Notes: generated by a model not told the origin, from the sequence alone. DNA of 64,000 nucleotides from Pelagomonas calceolata (GCA_918797485.1 CAKKNE010000003.1:2976001-3040000), one strand, 5' to 3'; counted from the stretch's first letter, positions 40,447 through 50,833 are shown. Numbers and translations are program-made.

Positions 40447-41724
40447 ATGGACGGCAGCACCCCGAACGACGTCGAGGCGCCCGGGCCGGCGCGGGCCGCG
40501 GCGCCGGCGCGCTTCAGCCTTGGATGGGTCGTGGCCCTGAACCTCGGGCTGGCCGGCGCCCAGATCCTCGTGGGCACGTCCATCCTCTCGCTGGCGCTCG
40601 TCTCGGACGGCTTCCACAACCTGAGCGACGCCGCGGCGGCCGTCGTCGCGCAGCTGGCCGAGGCCTTCGACCGCCGCGACTTCGACGCGCGGACGCTGCC
40701 CTTCGGCTACGCGCGCGCGTCGACCGTCGGCGCCCTCGTCAACGTCGCCGCGCTCGAGGCCGTCTGCCTGTCCATCGCGCTGACGGCGCTGTGCCGGCTC
40801 CTCGAGCCCGCCGCGATCGAGCGGCTCGGCGCGCTCTTCTGGGTCAGCCTGGCGGGCGTCGTCGTGAACGTGGCCTCGGCGGTGCTGAGCTGCTGGGGCG
40901 TCGTCGAACACCACCACGTCGGCTGCGCCTGCCACGACGTCGCCGTCGCGAGCCCGCTCCTCGGCGACGACATGGGCGACGACGAGGAGGCGCCGCGCGT
41001 CGAGGCGCGGCGCTTCGTGCTCTGCGCCGGCGGCTGCTGCGTCGCCGGCGGGGCCTCGCCGCTCGCGCCGCCGGCCCTCTTCAGCCCGACGACGGGCGAG
41101 CCCGTGCTGGCGTGCGCGCCGTGCAAGCCCTGCGCGCCGGCGAAGGCCGCGCCGCCGCCGCCCGCGCCCGACGTCGTGCAACCGACGTGGTGGTGGCGGC
41201 GCCTCGACGTCGGCCGCCTCGCGCTGGTGACGCACCACGCCGGCGACGCGGCCATGTGCCTCGTCGTGCTCGGCGAAGCGGTGCTGCTGCGCCACGGCCA
41301 CGCGTTTTTATCCGATGGCGCCGTGGCCTGGCTCCGGTTGTACCTGGATCCGCTCCTGAGCCTCGCGCTCAGCTGCGCGATCGCGGCGGCGGCGTTTCCC
41401 GTCGGCAAGCGCGCGGCCTGGACGCTCCTCGAGGGCGCGCCGGCCGACGGCGACGGCCTCGAGGCCGCCGTGGCCAAGGCCCTCGCCGGGCGGGCGCGCG
41501 TGGCGTCCTGCGCGCTGATCCACCTGCGCGACGCGCCGGGCCTCGAGCGGGCCGCGCTGGTCAAGCTCGAGGTCGACGACGGGGCCTACGGGGCGTCGCG
41601 CGCCGCCGTCGCCGCCCGCGCGCGGCGCGTCCTGGCCCGCTACGCCGTCTCCGACGAGAACGCGTTCGTCGAAATAGCCGACGCCCTCGACGAGGGCGGC
41701 GGGCACCGCCGCGTCGTCGGGTAA
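40447..41724 (+). CDS. Cation diffusion facilitator (Zn/Co/Cd) transporter
   Basis: SDGFHNLSD, PFGYARA, HHAGD, YLDPLLS; His/Cys-rich loop. Confidence 0.88.
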   Translation: MDGSTPNDVEAPGPARAAAPARFSLGWVVALNLGLAGAQILVGTSILSLALVSDGFHNLSDAAAAVVAQLAEAFDRRDFDARTLPFGYARASTVGALVNVAALEAVCLSIALTALCRLLEPAAIERLGALFWVSLAGVVVNVASAVLSCWGVVEHHHVGCACHDVAVASPLLGDDMGDDEEAPRVEARRFVLCAGGCCVAGGASPLAPPALFSPTTGEPVLACAPCKPCAPAKAAPPPPAPDVVQPTWWWRRLDVGRLALVTHHAGDAAMCLVVLGEAVLLRHGHAFLSDGAVAWLRLYLDPLLSLALSCAIAAAAFPVGKRAAWTLLEGAPADGDGLEAAVAKALAGRARVASCALIHLRDAPGLERAALVKLEVDDGAYGASRAAVAARARRVLARYAVSDENAFVEIADALDEGGGHRRVVG

Positions 41725-42096
41725 CCTTATTTTATTCGTATTTGCGATTGCTTACACCTAGGCACCGTCCTGAAGCGCAACCCTAGTACTCCTTGGCGAC
41801 GGCGACGCCCATCACGCTCAAAAATGGGAGTCGTTGACAACGCTCTTTGTACGCTTGATCCAGCGGGAGGACTCCTCCGAGCCGGCTCGAGGAGTACTGG
41901 GCCCGAACCTGAACCTGAGCTCCCTGGCGCGCCGGAGAGGGCGCTGCGTTTTGTGTGCGCTTTGTGTGCCACAGCGTGCCACCGTGCCACAGCGTGCATC
42001 TGCTGTGGCCATCTGCTGTGCAGCCCATCAATTGAGCAGACGCCGCAGCACAGCGTAAGAGTTGTCGGACAGCCGAGCGGACGGCCAAGCAATATA

Positions 42097-42669
42097 ATGG
42101 CGGCCCGCCGCGACGAGCCCACGCGCGTGGCGCCGTACGGCGCGCCGGGAACGCGCGCGATCTGCGACTCCAGCATCGTGCCGCTGGGCCTGCGCGGCCC
42201 GTTTCTGAACGCGCTCCGCGTGGACCAATCGGACCTGAAACAGGCGCTGATCCTTGGCCGGCCGCGCGACCCTTGCAAGAACACGCGCGGCGCGCACCTG
42301 ATGCTCACGCGCGCGACGCTCGCGCGTTTGACTGCGCCGCGGACCCTATCGCTCCGGGACCCCCGCGAGTGCGGCGACCTTGCGCTCGACCGGCGGGGGC
42401 CCGCCGGCCGCTGGCCGCGCGTCGAGGCCGCGGCGCAGCAGGACGAGGCGCGGCGGCGGCCCCGGCGCGGCGGCCTCGACGAGACGGCGAACATCACGCC
42501 CGAGGCGCTGTTCGACAACCGGCGCACGCTCGACGGCCAGGAGCTGCGCGTGAACGCGCCGCGCCTCGCGCGGCGGGAGAGCTCCCGCTCGGACGCGGAG
42601 CGCCGCGCGGCGATGCGCGCCAAACTCGTCGGCCTCAGCAAGCGCGGGTCGCGGTTGTTGGGTAAATAA
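42097..42669 (+). CDS. Hypothetical protein
   Basis: ATG at 42097, GC3-rich ORF ending TAA followed by an AT-rich tail. Confidence 0.55.
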   Translation: MAARRDEPTRVAPYGAPGTRAICDSSIVPLGLRGPFLNALRVDQSDLKQALILGRPRDPCKNTRGAHLMLTRATLARLTAPRTLSLRDPRECGDLALDRRGPAGRWPRVEAAAQQDEARRRPRRGGLDETANITPEALFDNRRTLDGQELRVNAPRLARRESSRSDAERRAAMRAKLVGLSKRGSRLLGK

Positions 42670-44332
42670 ATAAATATCTCTCAAACTAGGACGTATCCTC
42701 GCGGAAATCTGCCTCCAAATTCAGAATACATCCTAGTCGTTCGCCGAGACCAAATGTTTCAGAGTAGGCCCGGGAAGATACCCTCGAGGCTCCCGGAAGA
42801 CACTGCTCCGCGGCGACATTCGCGGATGAATCTTACGGCTCGCCAATTTACACCAGCGATTGACGCCGCCTTTTACTATCCGGTTAGTACATTATATCAA
42901 CTCCAGCCCAGTTTTTATACATGATCGACGGAACCGGAGCTGACGGCCCGCGCTCGGAGGGCGGGAGAAGAATTCTACTAGACAACTCCCCAGTTTATGT
43001 TCGTTTCCTTCCTTTTGTTGGTGGTAGAGGCCATCTAAATCGCCTCGGCTCTACTGAGCTACATTAGATGGCCCGTTGGAGCCTCGCGAAACGAAGATTT
43101 CGCGCCCCAGCGTTTTTACGAAGGCGAGCCCGTAACCCAAACCTGCGAGTATCAGCGACGCCACCACCCAGATGGACCATAGCGCCGTTGTTCTATTCAC
43201 AATCGACCGACTTGCCCGTTCTCCGCGGACGACGGTGCGTAGACGGAGGGCGGGAAGGGCCCCAGACCGGTGTTTTATAAAATAAATTTGCGTTTCAGGC
43301 GCTTTAGTTGTGGGACGGGCCAGATAACCGGCCTGAGCGTGTACTACATTGCTCCGAGACCCAAAGATGCTCGGCGCGCCTCGGCCAACTCCCGACCGCC
43401 TCGATGGCGTAAAGGGGGGCTCGATACCTGAACCTGCGACCATCAGCCCGTGTACCTTCACCATGGACCATAACGCGATCATTTGTTTCATGACCGACGG
43501 ACTTCCGCGAGGTCCAGATGCAGATGTTCACGTCCCGAGCGTGGGCAGCCAAAAGTACCCTTCTCGCGGTGTAGATGCCATATACTTGTAATTGACTATC
43601 GGTGGGGTAGTATAGGGTCCGACGAGACCGCTACGGCGACTACTGGGGGCCCTCGGGTAATTGGCGTTTTTGCCGGGAACGGGGCGCCATCGGGTCCAAA
43701 TTACTTACTTTTTTCGGGGCCAGGTCGGCTCCTGGAGGTCCCTCGGGGTAGGCCTGGTGGCGGGTAGTCACCTGCACCGCATACGCCGTCGATGCGGCAG
43801 CCTAGTGCTCTCGGAGGGCTCTGAAAGCAAACCATGGCAAAAAGTTGCTATTCCTCCGTGGGCTGCTGAGAGAAATCGGCCAAGAATGCTTGAAGCGGCG
43901 GCGTATGCGACGTAGGCGCTTGCACGTGTATAGTACCGACCCTAGGCGACCCCAGGGACACCTCGCCGGCAGGGATTGACAGGATTAAACCGGCGCGGCC
44001 GCCCTGTGGCCTCGTCCGCCTCCGCACCGCGAAACTATTTTCGGCCTCCAGTACGTGTCCCATTGATCTCTTTGGACCAGTATCGAACGGAACGGTACTC
44101 AAACGGCTGCAAGTCGCGTTTCGTTTTGCGGCATCCTAGTGTCTTTGAGGCGCTATGTTTGTACTGAGCATCACCAACGGCCGCAGCAGTGCTCAGGGTT
44201 GCAGGCGTGTTACGGGCTCGATAGATATAAAGGAGATAACACACAGCGTCTCCGACCACCGCTCAAAACGCATAGCAACGCGCACGCCGTCGGAGCAACT
44301 CAACAAAACAAAGGGAGCCAGCAGCCCCTGCC

Positions 44333-46072
44333 ATGGCCGAGCCCCGGCCCAAGCGGCCGTGCCTCGCGAAGCTGAGGATTGGGTTCGTCGTGGGCAAGGA
44401 GGACGGCGATCTCGTGAGGGCGCCGGGCCTCCCGACGCAGCACCACCGCGCGCCCGAGGAGAACGAGGTCCTGCCCAAGGGCGGCGGCCCGCTCTGCCAC
44501 TCCGACGTGGCCCTCTGGTGGTGGGCGCGCACCCACTACGATCAGTCGGTCGAGTGTGATTTAATTGAGGGCCCCGGCGAGGTCACGCGCGAGCGCCTCG
44601 TGAAGAACGACGTCAATTTGCTGCTGGGCTGGGACGCGGTGTCGGCGCACCTCGAGGAGTTTGATGGCTCTGGTGGCTTCGAGGCGGGCCATGGCGACCG
44701 CATGGCGGCGTTACTCCGGGACCCGCGGTGTAAAGTGTTCCCGCCGGCCGCGCTGCAGGATCTATGTAACGCGAAGGGGAATTACGTGAAAGCGTGCGCC
44801 TCCCAGAACGTGCCGACGGCGCCGACGGTGGTCTACGATTGTGCGTCCATCGAAGACGGCGCGCAGTTCGCGATCGACGCCGCCGCTAAGCAAGGCTGGA
44901 AGAAGTTCGTCGTCAAGCCCTCGCCGTCGTCGTGGTCGCGCGGCGTCGAGGCCTTCCTCACGAAGAGCGCCCAGGTCAACCCGCAGCGCGTCGAGAAGTA
45001 CTTTCGGGAGAACGAGCCCTCCGCGAAGTCGATACTCGTGCAGCGGCACCTCGGCGGCCTCGCGCGGCTGCCGGAGACGCGGTGCTTCTTCGTCGGCGGC
45101 GAGTTCGCCTACGCGGTCGCGAACTCGACGCATTCTCCTGGAAAGAAGTTCGACCTGACGTCGTGCCCCGAGAGCGCGTCGTCGCGGGACCTGCCGGCCA
45201 AGTACTGGCGGCCCCACGCGGCGCTCGCGAAGCGCGTCCTGGACGAGGTCCTGCCGCCTTTGTATTCATTCGACGGAAGGCGCAACCTCTGCGCGGAGCG
45301 CTACGCCTGGCCCGTGCGCGTCGACGTCGGCACGCACGCGCGGGCCGACCTCGACGGCCTCGCGGAGCCGTCCGAGTCGCGCAAGCAGACCTGCTTCGTG
45401 AACGAGGTCGAGATCGTGCCGACGCTCTACCTCGCCGCGAAGTTCGGTCACCGGCGGCCGCGCGTCGTCGACGAAGTCGCGCGGCGGCGGCTTTTGGGAG
45501 GGCGGCTGCTTGCCGTTGAAGGTCCGCTGCTGTGGAGACGGTTGCTGCTGGCGCGGCGGGCTCGCCGGCTGCTGGCGCGGCGGGCTCGCCGGCTGCTGGC
45601 GCGGCGGGCTGTCGTCGAAGAGGAAGTTCTGCGCGAGGCCGTCGCCCATCGTCTCGCTCATTATTGCTCTGTACGCTTCGTCCTTCTCGAGGAAGTCATC
45701 CAACTCGAAGGAGCCCGGCGAGTTCGACCGCGAGGCCTTGGACCGGGCCGGCGACGGCGGCTTGTCGCTGAGCGGCGCCTCGCGGACCTCGTCGTCGCGC
45801 GGGTACGGGTCCAGGGGCGGGCCCGAGCCGTGCATTTTGTTGTGCGTTGTATCGGCGAGCTGTCGGGGCTTTTGTTTTTGTTCCGTGGCGTCCGCGTCCG
45901 TTCGCCCGGCGGCGTTTTGGGCGGCGCCCGGGCTGGCTGGGTTTACTACGCTCGCGGCGGCTGGCTTCGGCGGCCAGCCGTCCCACGGCTTCGTCGCGAG
46001 AGCGCGAGCGGCCAACGGCGTCAGGGCGTCGTCTGGGGGCCCGCGTGTGTCGCTTGCTTATGGAGGCTGTAG
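44333..46072 (+). CDS. ATP-grasp-fold protein (domain ends about 45450; remaining ORF doubtful)
   Basis: VPTAPT, FVVKPSPSSWSRGV, ILVQRHL, ETRCFFVGGEF, RVDVG, FVNEVEIVP. Confidence 0.7.
   Translation: MAEPRPKRPCLAKLRIGFVVGKEDGDLVRAPGLPTQHHRAPEENEVLPKGGGPLCHSDVALWWWARTHYDQSVECDLIEGPGEVTRERLVKNDVNLLLGWDAVSAHLEEFDGSGGFEAGHGDRMAALLRDPRCKVFPPAALQDLCNAKGNYVKACASQNVPTAPTVVYDCASIEDGAQFAIDAAAKQGWKKFVVKPSPSSWSRGVEAFLTKSAQVNPQRVEKYFRENEPSAKSILVQRHLGGLARLPETRCFFVGGEFAYAVANSTHSPGKKFDLTSCPESASSRDLPAKYWRPHAALAKRVLDEVLPPLYSFDGRRNLCAERYAWPVRVDVGTHARADLDGLAEPSESRKQTCFVNEVEIVPTLYLAAKFGHRRPRVVDEVARRRLLGGRLLAVEGPLLWRRLLLARRARRLLARRARRLLARRAVVEEEVLREAVAHRLAHYCSVRFVLLEEVIQLEGARRVRPRGLGPGRRRRLVAERRLADLVVARVRVQGRARAVHFVVRCIGELSGLLFLFRGVRVRSPGGVLGGARAGWVYYARGGWLRRPAVPRLRRESASGQRRQGVVWGPACVACLWRL
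45266..46015 (-). CDS. Low-complexity hypothetical ORF (SPPRQQPA repeats) overlapping the ATP-grasp ORF
   Basis: Protein-like acidic/SP-rich sequence from 46015 to about 45450. Confidence 0.4.
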   Translation of the reverse strand: MAARALATKPWDGWPPKPAAASVVNPASPGAAQNAAGRTDADATEQKQKPRQLADTTHNKMHGSGPPLDPYPRDDEVREAPLSDKPPSPARSKASRSNSPGSFELDDFLEKDEAYRAIMSETMGDGLAQNFLFDDSPPRQQPASPPRQQPASPPRQQQPSPQQRTFNGKQPPSQKPPPRDFVDDARPPVTELRGEVERRHDLDLVHEAGLLARLGRLREAVEVGPRVRADVDAHGPGVALRAEVAPSVE

Positions 46073-46309
46073 CTCCCGCTTGGGTGACTGGGGTATGCTC
46101 ACTTACCCCGCCAGGGCCCCAAAGAGGCAGTAAAAGGGGATCACGGAGATGTGTTTGATGTGTTGCAAGCATGGAGGTCATTGGCAAAACCCGCACGTTA
46201 GCTACAGGACGAAGTCCAGGACGGGTACGGGGGGAACGACGCGGCGCAACGACTTCGCCGAGACAAATTAGTTAGTTCGAACCGGGCGGGGGGATGGGGA
46301 GGAAGTATC

Positions 46310-47577
46310 TCAAGCGTCGAGCGAAACGAGGATGACGGACACGGTAGCCCGCGCGCGGGCGCCGTGGTCTTCGAGCGTCGCGCGGTCGCGCTCCGTCAGG
46401 CAGATCGCGCGGCGCCGGTGGGCCATGTCCGTCGGGAAGAGCGCGGCCTCGGCGCGCGCGTCGAGCTCGAAGGCCTGGCGCGCCAGAATGACCTGCGTGG
46501 AGATCCAGTCATTTCCCGGTGGCTACGTCGGCTCGATGGCGTGGAGGGTGACTGGACACAGAGACAGACGGCGTGGCGCGCCTCGGTGCTCAGCGGCAGC
46601 GAAAAGTCGCGGCGGTCGTACGCGCGCTCGAGGTCGACGCGGACCGTCGCCGCGCCCGACGTGGCGGCGCACGCGACGCGCGCCGCATAGGCCTCGGGCG
46701 TCCAGCAGGCGCGGCCGCCGACGGCCCGGAGCACCCAGCAGCCGTCGGCGCGGAGCGGCGACCGCGCGAGCGCCGGGACGACGTTGCGGACGATGGCCTC
46801 GCCGCGCGCGATCTCGTCGTCGAACGCGCGGCTCGCGAGCCGGAGGCGCGCGGCGTCGCGCGGCGCGAGGTCGACGCTCAGCGTGTCGCCGGCGGCCGGA
46901 TCCGCAGCCGCGCCGAGGAAGACGCCGTCCGTCACGACGACGCCGGCCAGCGCCGCGTCGGTCTCGGTCGCGAGGGCGCGGAGCTCGGTCCGCCGCGGCT
47001 CGACGAAGTGCGCGCCGACGGCCAGCGTCGCGGCGCGCCGCGCGACGATCGCCGCGCTTCGGACGGCCCCGAGGTCGAGCTGGGCGTGGACGACGCGCAT
47101 TGCGCGCCGCTTGAACACGACGACCGTGCAGCGCTCCGTGTCCGCGTGGAGCACCCGGAGCGCCGCGCCCGGGGCGACGCCCTGGCGCCGCCGCATCTCC
47201 GCGAGGCGCCGCCAGGCCACGTAGTCGCAGAGGCCGCGGCCGCGTAGCGCGCGATCGGCGCGCGTCGCGGCGGGCGCCGTCGCCTCGAAGCGGCAGAGGT
47301 CAGCCGCGCTGAGCAGCGGCAGCACGTTGTGGGCCAGCAGCGAGGCGGCGCCCGTGGCGTGGATTCTATCCATCACGCCGCAGCGCCAGCGGCCGCCCGC
47401 GGGCGGCCGCGTCGCTTGCTGGCGCGGCGGCGCGGGCGGCGGCGCGGGCGGCGGCGCGGGCGGCGGCGCGGGCGGCGCGGGCGCGAGCGCCGCCACGAGC
47501 GTCGCGAAGGGCCGACTTGCTTCCTCGTCGCCGTCGTCCGCGCCCAACCGGTCGTCGACAACGCGCACGGAATTCAT
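46310..47577 (-). CDS. Hypothetical protein with introner intron 46493-46569
   Basis: Phase-0 splice gives TEARHA|VILARQAFEL, open to TGA at 46310. Confidence 0.65.
46493..46561. mobile_element. Decayed introner element (69 bp), TSD 6/8
   Basis: ctgcgtggagatccagtca...tgactggacacag; flanks agaatgac/agacagac; core gctcgatggcgtggagg. Confidence 0.8.
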
Positions 47578-48100
47578 CGCCTTACGGGGCAGCCCCGGGG
47601 TTTCTGCGAAGAACGACGGGCGCCGCGCCCGTGCGCCGCGGTGAGCGTGCCGGGACCGCCCGGGGTGCTCTGTGCCCGTCGGTGTTGCAACCGAGTGCCT
47701 TGCGCCGGCGGCAGCGCCGCGGAATGAGGTCCCTTTGGGCAGCTTCCCTTTGGGCAGCTTGCATGAGAACGTATGAACTTCAGCTCTTCTGCGCCACGGG
47801 ACGCGTCGCCGCGCGGCCGGATCACGCCCGCGGAGCCGGTCGTCGACGCGATGCGGCGTCTTCGCATGGACAATCCGGGTCGCGACCGCGACGCGCGCCG
47901 TCGTTGCTTGCACTCGTCCCCACCCCCCAACGGCAACGCCACCGCAGCAGAACGCATCATGAGATCGGACGTACTTGGTTCGAGCACCCAGCCGCGCCGG
48001 CACGCGCGCGTGTCATCGACGCCCACACGAGCGGTCCCAAGATGAAGCAAGGTCGATAAATAGTACATGTTCCGTTAAGCACGAGGCGCGCGCGCGTCGC

Positions 48101-48804
48101 CTACTCCTTCGTGTGCTCGGCGTACGCGGCCTCGTCCATGAGCGCGTCCACCTCGCCCGCGTCGCTCATCTTGACCTTGATGAACCAGCCGTCCTCGAGC
48201 GCCGACGAGTTGACGAGGTCCGGCGTGTCCTCGAGCGCGCCGTTGATCTCGACGACCTCGCCCGAGATGGGCGCGTACACGTCCGACGCGGCCTTGACCG
48301 ACTCCACGGCCCCGAAGGCCTCGCCCTTCTCGACCTCGTCGCCGACCTCGGGGAGGTCGACAAACACGATGTCGCCGAGCGCGTTCGCCGCGTAGTCCGT
48401 GATGCCGACCGTCGCCACGCCGCCGTCGACCTTGGCGTACTCGTGGCTCTCCGCGAAGGACCTGCGGTCGTGCGACGGGTGACGTCGAGGTGGTGTTTTG
48501 CGACCATGGCGGCTCTCTATGCCCGTTTGGAGGCGGGAATACTTCGCTTGAAGCGTCTCGGAAGCCGCGGCGACCGCGCATGGTTTTGCAAGCAGCGCTT
48601 TTGCCTCGCGTGCGGCCGGCGGCGGCCTTCCGTCATGCGCCGCACCACGAAGGTCCGCGCGCGGCGTCGGCGCTCCGCGTAACGCGCAATGAAACGTGAC
48701 TTTTGGGGCACTGCTCAAAACGTGGCGAAGCCGCGCAGAGCGGTCGTGCGGACCGCCGAGCGGGCGAGCTGCGGAGCCGTGCGCTGCGCCAGGACACGCA
48801 GCAT
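48101..48804 (-). CDS. GCSH: Glycine cleavage system H protein, mitochondrial; intron 48462-48721
   Basis: Presequence MLRVLAQRTAPQLARSAVRTTALRGFAT joined to SFAESHEY; VGITDYA, lipoyl motif VESVKAASDVYAP. Confidence 0.92.
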
Positions 48805-49155
48805 GGTCGTTTATGCTGTTCTCGCCGCTGTTCAACTCAGAGAGCAGCCCCGGCAAAAACTGAGTGAGCGTGCCCCAAATCGGGCGCGATCCTCCGCCGG
48901 AGGCGTCGCGTCTTTCCGGAGAGCGTCCTCGCATTGCTTTCTTGACGACGGAGAGAGGTCTCGCGGGTTAAGAACCCGCACGGTAGCATCTCGATCAGCA
49001 TGGAGGCGCGGCGCGATACGCGAGAACACGCATCAGGAACCCTGTGCGGCGACGCCAGGCATCACCCATTACTCGCTGCTCCCGGCTGCGCATTCCTTCG
49101 CTGCACTAAATTTGAATCATTTTACCACCATTGACCAGCGGTCCGCAGCGCAAAC

Positions 49156-50333
49156 ATGAGCGACCCGCGGACCGATCACGGCCAAAAGCTGGGCAACGGC
49201 AGCGCGCCGGTCCGTCGTCCCGATCACTCCCCGGTTCGCGCGCGCTCGCCGTCGCCGTCGCGCGCCGCTGCCCTCGACAACGAGGTCGCCTGCCCGTACC
49301 TGCGCGCGCTGATCAAGCGGCAGACGCGCGAGCTGTCCTGCCGCGGCGTCCTCGTTTGTCCCCTGCGACCGTACTTCTTCTTTTTCTTTGCGTCCGCCGC
49401 GAGGTCCGCGGCGGGCGTCGGCACGAAACAGAAGCGGTCCACGAAGGCCCAGGGTGCCAGCGTGTCGAGCGCACCCCGGAGCTTGAGGCCCGCGGCGAAC
49501 GCTATCGACGCGACATCGCGCCTGCTCGACATCTCACCGGTCGCTGACAACGCAGGCCGCGGATCGTCGACGAGCTCGAGTCGAGGGGCCGGAAGGTCAC
49601 GCACTGGGCGTGGTGGGCGTTCCCGACGGATTTATGCGGCGCGTCGGAGCCGCCGCCCGAGACGAAGGTGTCGTCGCCGGCCGCGGCGGCCGAGCTGCTC
49701 GCGCGCGGGCCGGTCGACCGCTGGCGGCGCGTCCTCGAGCTCGTCTGCGACCTGTCGGAGCGGCGCGGCGAGCTCGTGCGTGCCCGCGTCCTTGGGTCCT
49801 TGTCGCGTCTCTGAGCTATCGACGCAGGTGTGCCCCGGCATCGACCACGGCCGCATCGCCTTCTTCGTGGCGTTCTGGGAGCGGCGAGGCTCCGGCGTCC
49901 TCTGTCTGCTCGATGGTGACGCCTCACCGGTCGCGTCGCGCGCAGGCTCGACTGCACGCCGGACTGGCTCCGCGCCCTGCTGAGGCGGCTCGAGGCGCTC
50001 CTCACGCCCCGCGCCCTGGCCCAGCTCGACAAGGCGCGGAAGCCGCCGCCGCGGCGCGCGCAGCGCTCGATCTGGGACGGCGGCTTCGCCGTGAAGAAGA
50101 AGACCGCCAACGGCGGCGTCCGGAGGCTGGGCAACGGGCGGTCCGGCGCCGCGCCCGCCGTCGCGCGGCCGCCGGTGGCCCGGCGGACCTTCACCGAGAC
50201 CGGCGACGCGCCCGCCGCCGTCGCGCGGGCGCCGGCGCCGCGACGGACCTTCACCGAGACCGGCGACGACCTCGCGTTCTTCCTCGAGGCGGGCCGGCAG
50301 CGCGAGGCGCGGGCGGCGCGGTCCTCATCGTAG
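49156..50333 (+). CDS. DUF1810-like protein, 4 exons (introns 49335-49555, 49776-49827, 49884-49945)
   Basis: Spliced product REL|PRIVDELESRGRKVTHWAWWAFP resembles the EL-xxG-K-xxHWxWxxFP motif; frame continuous to TAG at 50333. Confidence 0.65.
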
Positions 50334-50690
50334 TTTCGTTCGCGTTTCAACAAGTTCGTCGTGTGCTTTTAATGGAATACTTTCTTGCTTTCCCCAAGCC
50401 TGACTCGGAGTAAAAAAACAAATACCGGCTTCCCCTCGTAGTCGTCGCCTCCCTCCGAGCTCCCACTCGGCGCGACGGCGGGCGAGGGCCGGTGCTTCCA
50501 TGGTCACTTTCTGTCATCACGCAACCGGCCCGCTCCTAAAACGCGTCGCCAGGGCCCATGGCAACCCTCGCTTGCGTACAGAAGACCAGGTCGCCCCTAA
50601 AGTCGCAGATTCCACTTCGAGTGCCAGCAAGCTCGTTGGACCTCGTTTGGGTCTAAGAGCGAAGGTTGGGGCGCGACCCCCCCTCCTCGC

Positions 50691-50699
50691 AAAAAAAAA
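50691..50699 (-). terminator. Pol III oligo-T terminator of tRNA-Tyr
   Basis: Run of 9 T on the minus strand 6 nt after the discriminator. Confidence 0.75.
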
Positions 50700-50705
50700 T
50701 GCAAG

Positions 50706-50833
50706 TCCCAGCAGCCGGAATCGAACCAGCGACCAATTGATTTCGTGTATATACCTCTACAGTCAATCGCTCTACCAACTGAGAAACACTCTTCTTTTGG
50801 GTGGCAATTCACCCATAGAAAATCTATGCTAGG
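50706..50833 (-). tRNA. trnY-GUA: tRNA-Tyr(GTA) with two introns: 50784-50823 (position 10/11) and 50742-50756 (position 37/38)
   Basis: Removing both gives CCTAGCA TA GCTC AGTTGGTA GAGC G ATTGA CTGTAGA TCAAT TGGTC GCTGG TTCGATT CCGGC TGCTGGG A, a complete cloverleaf with C1-G72 and A73. Confidence 0.9.

Noticed and set aside
43972..43990. ggattgacaggatt resembling an SSU rRNA segment
   Set aside because: Match too short; flanks are not rRNA-like
47420..47480. 12-bp tandem repeat, and the 24-bp repeat at about 45544-45610
   Set aside because: Simple coding repeats (PPPA; SPPRQQPA)
47726..47760. 15-bp tandem ccctttgggcagctt x2 and a 12-nt match to the 26.2-kb region
   Set aside because: Too short to distinguish from chance or slippage
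46396..48003. 535-aa ORF as a single-exon gene
   Set aside because: Its 5' part is a non-ATG extension and its 3' end reads into an introner; the spliced model is preferred
50706..50783. 5'-truncated tRNA pseudogene interpretation
   Set aside because: The missing 5' 10 nt are present at 50824-50833 and pair with the 3' acceptor strand
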